Positions 19,001 through 26,445 of a stretch of 64,000 nt of DNA are shown here, one piece after another. The stretch's first letter is position 1; each line of letters begins with the position of its first letter. The position numbers and the translations under genes were made by a program. Location of the stretch: positions 1 through 64,000 of the forward strand of contig JARKSN010000175.1 in NCBI GenBank assembly GCA_029974275.1, read 5' to 3'. The notes beneath the pieces are model-generated. The model saw nothing but the letters and a program-made list of their open reading frames with translations. It was not told where the DNA came from and searched no databases. Origin of the DNA: Candidatus Hydrogenedentota bacterium. GTDB lineage: Bacteria > Hydrogenedentota > Hydrogenedentia > Hydrogenedentales > SLHB01.

Positions 19001-19863
19001 ACCCCTTCGCAATGCCGCATGTGGAAAGCCGCATCGTCATAGTTGGTGAGAAGCTCGATTGGGCGATCCATCGACTGCATGCGTCCCTCGCGCGCCTGCA
19101 TGGTCAGCGAAGCCAGCCGGTCGCCCTTCGCCATCGAGTTCGCATTGCCTAGAAAATCGAACCATTCCACCCCCTGGATAACGCCATACCCGTCCCAGCC
19201 CGTCAAATTCGTCGCCGAAGCCAACAGCGACACTTCTGCGTCTTCCCCGGTTCGATTGCGGAACGTGAATCGGAAAAGCGCGGCGGGCAACGCCGAATCC
19301 TTGGCGTTCAGCGGAATGAAATTCGTGAACGCCTCGAGCGAAACGTCGACGGGCAACGCCTCGTCGCGATAGGTCAGCCACGCGAAAGGATATTCGCCGG
19401 AAAATTCCACGGACGCGACGCCCTCCATCTCGCCGCGTTTTCCCTCCTGCAAAACGCGCGCGTGCGCCCCGGCGCCTGGCGTATAGGCCCGCACCCCGAA
19501 GAACGCGCCGGGAACGGTCGCGTTCGCATTGAAATTGTTCACCATCTCCCACTGGCCAAACGAACCGTTCCCGCGCAGATACAGTTGGCCGCCGCCGATG
19601 CCCCCGAGCGGGAACGCTATTCTAGCCAGTTCAGACCCTTGATACACCCGCCGCGATCCCTTGTCGCGGACAGATTGCTTCCATGCCGTCACGGCGGCCA
19701 CCTCGTTGGCGTAGGCTCCTTGGGCCTGCGTTGCCGTTCCCGCGACGGCCAAGCCAAGGCCGCCCGCCGCCGTCGTCTTCAGAAAATCACGGCGGTCCAT
19801 CTCCCGCCCGAAGCCGTTGCCGCAGCCTCCCTTGCAGCCGCAAAAACTCTTGCTATCCGCCAT
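16033..19863 (-). CDS. Tat-exported GH116-family glycoside hydrolase with a large internal insert
   Basis: DRRDFLK Tat motif, FPLGGIGGG, GEYPFA, GFEGAACCPMNCTHV, QPNTYD, DQLLGQW, YGDEVWTGIEY. Confidence 0.9.
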   Translation of the reverse strand: MADSKSFCGCKGGCGNGFGREMDRRDFLKTTAAGGLGLAVAGTATQAQGAYANEVAAVTAWKQSVRDKGSRRVYQGSELARIAFPLGGIGGGQLYLRGNGSFGQWEMVNNFNANATVPGAFFGVRAYTPGAGAHARVLQEGKRGEMEGVASVEFSGEYPFAWLTYRDEALPVDVSLEAFTNFIPLNAKDSALPAALFRFTFRNRTGEDAEVSLLASATNLTGWDGYGVIQGVEWFDFLGNANSMAKGDRLASLTMQAREGRMQSMDRPIELLTNYDDAAFHMRHCEGVTKRLGATFPKAKKPTETVYWINPPLAKQEDWADILETVKAGAGLVITDPDAHLLRLAQSSRRQGHFAKPHVFENWSSGTYKNWTIEGSCFGDAPATGPSGACLVDTHAVGGGLTGRAASKPFKIRRDYIHVQIGGGNKPEAACVNVVVDDKIVASATGNGSETLHYVALDLFRHRGKTAHIEIVDAASDSGGHILVGEICFSDNPVPADAAGSLDALNQLYEALPMTWRDVRRPRGPMRVASDSVWMKRMYSADARADDAVVLQEFRKKRGARVLLKSDDGRPLVIAGEHGQGRIVACLGRPNMWMTGADRKIMIGLLLAEAAQAVYAPDEGIPKNSPLYGTMALGVIGEEAERVTACPQWDDAAALWDEFARTGRLDAFPSPRHASEAGRTWNGALCTPVSLAPGESRTVTLALAWHFPNRMRTTQYGWGPSVPFSDHRLGNRYREWFASADEALGYVAANMERLARETALFHDTLYETTLPHYLLDAVSANIGTIGSPVYMWLEDGTWAGFEGAACCPMNCTHVFNYAMSCAFLFPELERNVREIDLLVQMHPAEHYIPHRTVLPLSLPRLGFTIGGPEHAALDGELGAVLKTYREFRHQGNYDWLENLWPRTRQLMEYMMRVHDDQSDGVIRGEQPNTYDTHLYGSNTFIGTLYLASLRAASEMASRMGDATFAKECMDRFELGRANYDRLCWNGEYFINNFDMPGAPLDQYDQGSCYGYGCHADQLLGQWWAYALGLGYMLPPGHVRTALHSIYQHNWRTHFRDIVQAPRRFADDDEKGLLNCSWPNGQRLNRPILYGDEVWTGIEYEVAAMLLQEGMIDEALHIVRGVRDRYVGDRRNPYAEEECSYHYTRAMSSYTLLTAAAGLDYSAVEGRLAFAPRIDAEDFRCFFTSAEGWGLVSQTRENAVQRNKIVMRYGAMTLRQACVDILVSHGERPTTKVTLDGRDIEHRAVFQRERCAITFAESVIMKAGQEMEVVFEAPHRA

Positions 19864-20082
19864 GTTTTTCTCCTTGCATTTCTGTTTCCGCGATCGATGA
19901 AAACCGCTGCGTTTGCAACTCGATTCGCCATCTTACCCTGCCTCGACGGGCAAAGCCAAGGACCGGCGCCTCCCCGCGGGGCTGATGCCATGCATGCGAG
20001 GCGAAAAAATGGAGGTCGGATTCCGTGAAAATGCCTTGACATCCATGTTACAATTCTGGTGGCACTAAGGAGGGACGCGGGG

Positions 20083-20721
20083 ATGACATCGGCGCACGAA
20101 GGCTTCGAACCGTTCACCGATATCCGGCCGGGGAATTTGTGTCTCATCACCCTGATGGGACAGCATTTCCTGGTTCGCATCACCGAGGTGACCCCCGAGA
20201 CGGTTCGCATCACTTTTGCCGGCAACGATTATCCTGTTGAGGGGATGATGGTCGCCTTGGAATTTCACGACGAAACGGGGTTCAACTGCTACCACGCCCA
20301 GGTGGCGCAGGGACCTCGTAATCCGGGCGACGGCGTCTTGCTGACGCAGCCCCGGGAACGCGTCCGCACGTACCACCGCGGCTCGTGCCGGGTCCCGACC
20401 GATCTGACCGTTCAAGTGAAAAACCGGGCGCATGTGCGGCATTTCGATGCCGAGTTGCTGAATCTGAGCGCGGGCGGCGCGCTTCTCCGGACCGTTGCCC
20501 CGTTTGACTTCAGCACCACGGTCGAGATGATCGTCTCGCTTCCCGGCGAACCGCCGCTGACCATGGCCGGCCACGTCGTGCATATATGCGACGTTCCGGA
20601 ACGCCAGCAACTGGGACAGCGAATCATCGGAATACGTTTCACCACGCCCGATACGGCGGCCACCCGCTTCATCACCCAGTTCATCTGGCAGCGCCTTCAC
20701 GAGATGTACACGGAGTATTGA
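20083..20721 (+). CDS. PilZ-domain (c-di-GMP-binding) protein with a YcgR-like N-terminus
   Basis: RGSCR (RxxxR) and NLSAGG (D/NxSxxG) motifs. Confidence 0.85.
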   Translation: MTSAHEGFEPFTDIRPGNLCLITLMGQHFLVRITEVTPETVRITFAGNDYPVEGMMVALEFHDETGFNCYHAQVAQGPRNPGDGVLLTQPRERVRTYHRGSCRVPTDLTVQVKNRAHVRHFDAELLNLSAGGALLRTVAPFDFSTTVEMIVSLPGEPPLTMAGHVVHICDVPERQQLGQRIIGIRFTTPDTAATRFITQFIWQRLHEMYTEY

Positions 20722-20865
20722 CCTCTCCGCCGGGTCGTTCCCGCCATTTCCCGCCCCCAGTACATTGAAAAAGCTTGCCTTTTTGTCAAGAATTATCCAC
20801 AATGTTGTGTGGCATTTCCCGGCGCGGAAGGCCTGTCGGCGGCGCGTGGCATGAAAGAGGATGCG

Positions 20866-22665
20866 ATGTTCCTCGGGGATTTTATGGCGCGACAGAACAG
20901 AACAGACGCTTCGGATACGGCGTTACATCGGCGCTGTCTTCTGGAAATTCCGGCGTTGCGGCGGGCGGGATGCTTTGCGGCGCTGATCGTGATTGGGATG
21001 CCTGTATGGGCGCAGGCGGCTATCCTGCGAGTTCCGCTTCAGGAAAACACCTACGCATTGCTTCGTCATGGGCGCAGCCTGTTTCTCGAGTGTCATCCTC
21101 CTTCGGGCGAAGCGGCCCGCGGGTATTATGCCGGGCTATTGGCCGATGTGAAAAAATGGAAAACCTACGCCGCCGCCAGCTCGGTCGTGGTGCCGTTTTC
21201 CGATTTGGCGCCCGACGTGCAGCGCCGGGTTTTGCTGGCGGTGTTTCCGGACGACATGGTGGATTCCCGGGGCTGGTGGCACAAGGTGGAACTGCCCGGC
21301 GCGGAGGGGGTCGAAACCCTGTGGTCGCTTTGCGAATGGCTTACGGGCCGCGGCACCTATTACACACAGGTGATGGCGGTGAACCGCATCGCGTCCAACA
21401 GCCTGCGCCCAGGGCAGATGGTGTTGGTGCCCCGGGAGTTTCTGCGCGACGCGATGCGCCGGGAAACGCCGGAACGCATCGCGCAAGACGAGACGGATGC
21501 GTCGTCCGATCTGGACCGGGCCAAGGGCGAACTCGTGTACGGAAGCGATGCGCAAGGAATATATGCGGAGTACCGCTTGAGACCGGGCGAAGCGTTGTAC
21601 ACGGCGGTGGTGGTTCGTTTCACCGATATCCGCGAGAATGCGGACATTCTCAACGCCTGCGAGACGGTCCGCACGCGGAGCGGCATCGAGGACGTCTATT
21701 CGATGCCGCCGGGCACGCGCGTCCTTATCCCCGTAAACATGCTGGCGGACCGTTTCAAGCCCGCTTCCAGTCCCGATCGCAAGGAATACGAGGAAGGCCT
21801 TCGCGAAGCCCGGAAACTGCGGGGCCAGGTTACATCCAAAGATCTCGAAGGCGTGGCGGTCGTGCTCGATCCCGGCCACGGCGGCCGCGACGTAGGCGCC
21901 CTCTACGAAGCGGCAGGGCTCTACGAGGACGAGATCAACTACGACATTGTCTGTCGGGTCAAGAAAATTTTGGAGGAAGAAACGCGCGCGAGGGTTTACA
22001 TCACCATGCGAGACCGCAAGCAGGGCTACGCGCCGCGAGACTGCCGCGTCTTTTCGGCGGACGCCGACGAGGAGGTGCTGACCTCGCCGCCGTACCGGAA
22101 TGAGGACGCCAAGGTTTCCGTGAATCTGCGATGGCACTTGGCAAACGACATCTATCGGAAGGAACTGAAAAAAGGGACGGACCCGCGCAAAATCGTGTTC
22201 ACCAGTTTTCATTGCGACGCGCTGTTCAATGAGAAACTGCGGGGCGCCATGATCTACATTCCCGGAGCGAAACAAGCGAAAAACGACGGCAAAGACTATA
22301 GCTCCGGCCTGTATCGGGATTTTGCCGAGGTGCGCGAGAGGCCGAGCGTCGTTTTTACGCAAAGCGAACGGCGGCGCGACGAGGCGCTGTCGCGCAACTT
22401 CGCGGAAACCGTGCTGGGGGCGCTTGCCCGAGAGCGCATTAAACGACATGATGTGGGCGACCCCATCCGCACAACGATCCGGCAGAATGGGGGGGTGCAG
22501 TACGTGCCGGCCGTGTTGCGCAACAACGCCATTCCAACCAAGGTTCTCATTGAAGCCGCCAACCTGACCAATCCGACCGATCGCGAACGTCTTGCCGATC
22601 CCGCCTGGCGCCAGCGATTTGCCCGCGCCTACGTCAACGCCCTGCGCGCGCATTTCGGCTCCTGA
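20866..22665 (+). CDS. N-acetylmuramoyl-L-alanine amidase (Amidase_3) with LysM-like N-terminal modules
   Basis: VVLDPGHGG, EDEIN, FTSFHCDA, VLIEAANL Zn/catalytic motifs; start uncertain (20809-20884). Confidence 0.88.
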   Translation: MFLGDFMARQNRTDASDTALHRRCLLEIPALRRAGCFAALIVIGMPVWAQAAILRVPLQENTYALLRHGRSLFLECHPPSGEAARGYYAGLLADVKKWKTYAAASSVVVPFSDLAPDVQRRVLLAVFPDDMVDSRGWWHKVELPGAEGVETLWSLCEWLTGRGTYYTQVMAVNRIASNSLRPGQMVLVPREFLRDAMRRETPERIAQDETDASSDLDRAKGELVYGSDAQGIYAEYRLRPGEALYTAVVVRFTDIRENADILNACETVRTRSGIEDVYSMPPGTRVLIPVNMLADRFKPASSPDRKEYEEGLREARKLRGQVTSKDLEGVAVVLDPGHGGRDVGALYEAAGLYEDEINYDIVCRVKKILEEETRARVYITMRDRKQGYAPRDCRVFSADADEEVLTSPPYRNEDAKVSVNLRWHLANDIYRKELKKGTDPRKIVFTSFHCDALFNEKLRGAMIYIPGAKQAKNDGKDYSSGLYRDFAEVRERPSVVFTQSERRRDEALSRNFAETVLGALARERIKRHDVGDPIRTTIRQNGGVQYVPAVLRNNAIPTKVLIEAANLTNPTDRERLADPAWRQRFARAYVNALRAHFGS

Positions 22666-22851
22666 CCATTCTCATGCGTCCTTCGCGCGACTCTTTTGAT
22701 GTGATGCCTTGCCCCGTCTTTTCTCCCAAAGTGGCGCCGGAGTGTGGTAAGGTAATGTGCGCAGGGTGCGGCGGCCCTTTCGCCGCCCGCCCTGAGACAC
22801 CTTGGCATAAAATGCAAGGGACGGTTTTGGCCGTCAAGGGGAGAAAGTGCG

Positions 22852-23832
22852 ATGCTGATCAAAACGCAAACCATTGTATGGACGCTGACGGCGGGGCTTT
22901 GTTTCGCCTTGACGCTGTCCTTTGCCGCATGTACGCCGAGCGAAAAGCCCCCAGCGCCGGCGGAAAAAAACATTGCCGAGGGAACGACGGCTGCGCCGGT
23001 TCCCGCCGCGCCGGCGGAGGCTGCGCCGGTTCCCGCTGCTCCGGAGAAAAAGCCGGACGTCCCGGCGATTTCTCCGGAGGCGCGCAAGGTTTTGGACCTT
23101 GCGGAGTCCCAGTGGGCTTCGTTGAACTCGCTGCGCGCTTCCATGGAGACGTACATGGCGTTTCCGTGCGACTGCGACGAACATCGCATCATGATGGGGG
23201 CCGGCGCGTTCGAATACCTCAAGTCTGACGCCAAACCCAAGGTGCGCGTTGAAATGGGGATGAAGAACCTTGTCTATCCCAAAGGCGAGGCCATGCCCGA
23301 TCCCGCTGCCACGACGCCCAACAAAGTGCTGCATGTCTTCGACGGAGAGGATAGTTTTGACGAGATGCGCATTGCGCCTCCCGGCGGCAGCCCGGGCGCG
23401 GCCCCGCAGCCTTTCGTGCTGAAAGGGCATCGCGAAAGCCTGGACCCGACCGGTTTCGCGGGAGGTTTTGGCGACAACATGCTCAAGCAATACGATTCTC
23501 CGGGATGGAAGGTGTCGCTCTTGCCCGACACCGTCATCGAAGGAAGGCCTGTCTATGTGATCGAGGCCAAGGACGAACGTACGGGCGAATCGGCCATTCC
23601 CTTGTCGCAGATCGCTCCCGTGCAACGCGTCTATGTAGATAAGGAGACCGGCATGCCCCTGCGCACCGAATTGCTCCAGGCCGACAAGAACATCGTTGGA
23701 TGGATGACCATGCGGAACATCGAGCGCAATCCATCCTTGGATGCGGCCCGCTTTGTCTACGAGCCGCCCGCCGGCGTAACGGTCCGTGATATGGCAACCC
23801 TTACCAAACCCGTGCCGCAGTCTTCGGAGTAA
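22852..23832 (+). CDS. Lipoprotein with a LolA/outer-membrane lipoprotein-sorting-like fold
   Basis: Lipobox FAAC, Pro/Ala linker, IEGRPVYVIEA, VYVDKETGMP, FVYEPPAGVTVRD. Confidence 0.7.
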   Translation: MLIKTQTIVWTLTAGLCFALTLSFAACTPSEKPPAPAEKNIAEGTTAAPVPAAPAEAAPVPAAPEKKPDVPAISPEARKVLDLAESQWASLNSLRASMETYMAFPCDCDEHRIMMGAGAFEYLKSDAKPKVRVEMGMKNLVYPKGEAMPDPAATTPNKVLHVFDGEDSFDEMRIAPPGGSPGAAPQPFVLKGHRESLDPTGFAGGFGDNMLKQYDSPGWKVSLLPDTVIEGRPVYVIEAKDERTGESAIPLSQIAPVQRVYVDKETGMPLRTELLQADKNIVGWMTMRNIERNPSLDAARFVYEPPAGVTVRDMATLTKPVPQSSE

Positions 23833-23846
23833 CGGGACAGGCCGGA

Positions 23847-24569
23847 CTATTCGATCGGAAGGTCATAGGCGAAGGTTTGGTCGCCGTCTCGGGGACAGCG
23901 CACAAGCCATTCGCCCTCTGGAGAAACGACGCCGGTGGCGCAGTTGACCGGGCCGTTGGGATCGGCCGCATTCGCCGTGACAATGTACACACGGCTTTCC
24001 ATGGCGCGCAGGGTCAGGTTGGACTCATGATAGGGGACGTGAACAGCGGATGACCCCGAGTTCACGGCGTGAAAAATGATGCGCGCCCCTTTCCGTCCCA
24101 GGTGATAGGCGAGGCGCGGGTCCGGGTACGGTCCGCATCCCGGCGTCACCCACATATCGTTGCAGATAAGGCACCCAAACGGGATGCCGCGGTATTCAAA
24201 GAGACGCAATTCGTGGCCCGGCTGGCAAAAATCCCGGTCGCCCGACGTGGGCACGATTTTTTCGTGCGTGCCGAGAAGTTCCCCCTCCCCGTCGTATATC
24301 CGGGACTGAATATACGTAGCTCCGTCCTGCATGCACCCGGTTCCAACGATCGCTGCGCGGTAGTGCTGGCGGCAGGCCGTCGCCACGGCGCGCCACGCCG
24401 CGCGCGCCGCCTGATCGCTGAAATCGCCGTGATACCCCGTCAGGCTCATCTCGGGGAACAATACAATGTCGGCATCGATCGTTTTGATATGGTCGAGAAT
24501 CCGCGGAAGGTTTTCATCCAACGCCGGCGATACGGCCATCTGAACGCCTGCTACGCGAAAGGTCGGCAT
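23847..24569 (-). CDS. Carbon-nitrogen hydrolase (nitrilase superfamily)
   Basis: LFPEMSLTGY, HEK and GCLICNDMW give the E-K-C triad; RBS GGAGGA. Confidence 0.92.
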   Translation of the reverse strand: MPTFRVAGVQMAVSPALDENLPRILDHIKTIDADIVLFPEMSLTGYHGDFSDQAARAAWRAVATACRQHYRAAIVGTGCMQDGATYIQSRIYDGEGELLGTHEKIVPTSGDRDFCQPGHELRLFEYRGIPFGCLICNDMWVTPGCGPYPDPRLAYHLGRKGARIIFHAVNSGSSAVHVPYHESNLTLRAMESRVYIVTANAADPNGPVNCATGVVSPEGEWLVRCPRDGDQTFAYDLPIE

Positions 24570-24841
24570 GTCTGTTCCTCCTTCGAACCGCGCGCGATAT
24601 TCACGCATAGCCCGCGCCCCATTAGGCTGCGAAACCCCGTGAACACGCACTCCATCCGTGTTGCCCCATGCTGTTTGCGCACGGCGCCGCATGCATCGTT
24701 GCGTCCCAGCGAACGCTTTGCGAAACGCGCCGCACGCCGTTGCGGCCTCTTTATAACACCGGAGTTCGCGTATCCATGCCCGCTTGTGGGCGCGTGGAGC
24801 GGAACGCGTCTGTGTCCCCTTCCTTGCCTTGCGGGCTAGCG

Positions 24842-24879
24842 CAAAAAAGGGGGGGCGAGCCCGAAAGCTCGCCCCCTTT
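24842..24879 (-). terminator. Rho-independent terminator of the DUF1559 gene
   Basis: GGGGCGAGC-loop-GCTCGCCCC hairpin followed by a T-run on the minus strand. Confidence 0.85.
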
Positions 24880-24922
24880 CCACTCCGCCTTCCCATGATG
24901 GGCAAGCGGGGTTATGCATCTA

Positions 24923-25837
24923 TTACATGCCCTGGAGCGTGGCCATTGCCTTCGACACCGGCCAACGGCCCGGGTAGCGGACGAATTCAACGTGGCCGTC
25001 CATGAACAGGACGTTGCAGCCGCCCGGCACGTGGTTCATCTCGGCCGGCTGCGTGCTCACCCAGTCAGCCATCAGCGAGATTTCGCTCTGGGCCTTGTTG
25101 GAAGCAGCCGGGTTGTTGATGTCGGTAATGTAGAAGCGCTCGATGCCTTCACGAATGCGGTGGCACGTGATCGTGTTCAGGCCCAGGCCGGGGATCATCG
25201 ACACGTCGATGCTGATGTCCTGGTCTACATTCGGACGCGGCGGAGCCAGAGCCGTGTCATTGGTGGTCAGCACGGTCGTGAACTCAGTCATCATCGCGCC
25301 GATCGCCATCATCTTCGGGTCCGCCATGTCGTTGCCGGCATAATCCGTCACGCCGGCATGATCCAGCAGCCAGCCCGTGTAGAAATAGCTGCACGTCGCG
25401 GAATCCGGCTCGCAGGGATAGAACTCGGTGTTCGGGTTGCTGGCGGTCGGCTTCAGGGTGCCGACGTTGTCGATAACGATGTTGTCCAATTCATCGGCGG
25501 CGTTGTACACCAAGTTGACGCGTGTGCCAACCGGCGACGACGGGCACAACGAAATCGCGGGATCATTCAAGTAATCCGGGAAAACCTGGATGAAGTCAAC
25601 GATCGGGTTGCCTTCGGTCGCTTCGCATCCCCAAATCTTGTTGGTGGGGAAGCGATCTTTGTTCTCGCCCGAATACATCTTGAACACGATGCCGAACTGT
25701 TTCAGATTGTTCTGGCAGCTCGCGCGACGGGCCGCTTCGCGGGCACGCGCCAACGCCGGCAGCAGGATAGCGGCAAGGATACCAATGATAGCGATAACAA
25801 CCAGCAATTCAATCAGGGTGAAGCCTCGCTTCTTCAT
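24923..25837 (-). CDS. Prepilin-type N-methylation/DUF1559 protein with a C-terminal H-X9-DG motif
   Basis: [62 protein letters not shown]. Confidence 0.95.
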   Translation of the reverse strand: MKKRGFTLIELLVVIAIIGILAAILLPALARAREAARRASCQNNLKQFGIVFKMYSGENKDRFPTNKIWGCEATEGNPIVDFIQVFPDYLNDPAISLCPSSPVGTRVNLVYNAADELDNIVIDNVGTLKPTASNPNTEFYPCEPDSATCSYFYTGWLLDHAGVTDYAGNDMADPKMMAIGAMMTEFTTVLTTNDTALAPPRPNVDQDISIDVSMIPGLGLNTITCHRIREGIERFYITDINNPAASNKAQSEISLMADWVSTQPAEMNHVPGGCNVLFMDGHVEFVRYPGRWPVSKAMATLQGM

Positions 25838-26039
25838 TGTGATGAACTCCTTCTTCCTCTTGTTCTTTTGCTTGAGGCCGTTGACACCATCCATCAATCT
25901 CTCGAATCAAGGCTGACTGCAGGTTTGCCTCAAGCGCCCCCTCATGTAACTTTCATACGGACACACTACACAAATTTCGCTCTTTTTGTCGTTTTTCTTG
26001 CCTCCTTGTAAGCCCCCTTGTGTTGACTGCTTGATCGTC

Positions 26040-26067
26040 AGTATAGCAAATCCCCTGCTAATTGCAA
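26040..26067 (-). promoter_or_regulatory. Putative sigma70 promoter for the DUF1559 gene (~195-nt leader)
   Basis: TTGCAA-16 nt-TATACT with an extended TGn. Confidence 0.5.
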
Positions 26068-26340
26068 GGTTTTTTTCTAAAACGAAGTGCTGTATTCCCT
26101 GAAAACTCGGTTGCCCAACATATGGAAACATGACGCCGCAGACCACCATCCGTTGTGCCTGCCCGATCTTGCGGCCACCACGCAATCGGGATTCTTCCGG
26201 TTCTTTTCAGTCCGCATACTCCATATGCTGCGCATTTTCGTCCTACACACGCATTCGGAAAAGCCGCCGACTCCCTTTGGCCGTAGGGGCGTCATGCCAT
26301 AGACTGCTGTAATACGGATATGTACCGATGACACAAGCAT

Positions 26341-26445
26341 CTAGAGCATTTTCGCAATTATGCCTACGCCATGTACGCTCAAGAAACCCTGGCGAAAATG
26401 CTCTCGCAAGAGTGACCGCAGGCATAAAAGGTTAAACTGCTCTAG
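26341..26445. mobile_element. MITE-like element with CTAG-bounded imperfect terminal inverted repeats
   Basis: Left end CTAGAGCATTTTCGCAATTATGCCTACG; right end (reverse complement) CTAGAGCAGTTTAACCTTTTATGCCTGCG; internal perfect 13-bp inverted repeat AGAGCATTTTCGC/GCGAAAATGCTCT. Confidence 0.6.

Noticed and set aside
22801..22820. Sigma54 promoter (TGGCA...TGC) upstream of the lipoprotein gene
   Set aside because: GG-to-GC spacing is 8 nt rather than the required 10
22989..23046. 30-bp tandem duplication in the lipoprotein gene
   Set aside because: Encodes an ordinary Pro/Ala tether (AAPVPAAP x2); no sign of further function
25900..25935. c-di-GMP-I riboswitch suggested by GGCAAACC on the minus strand
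   Set aside because: Lacks the GNRA-capped P2 stem and the downstream GCAAAG/receptor elements
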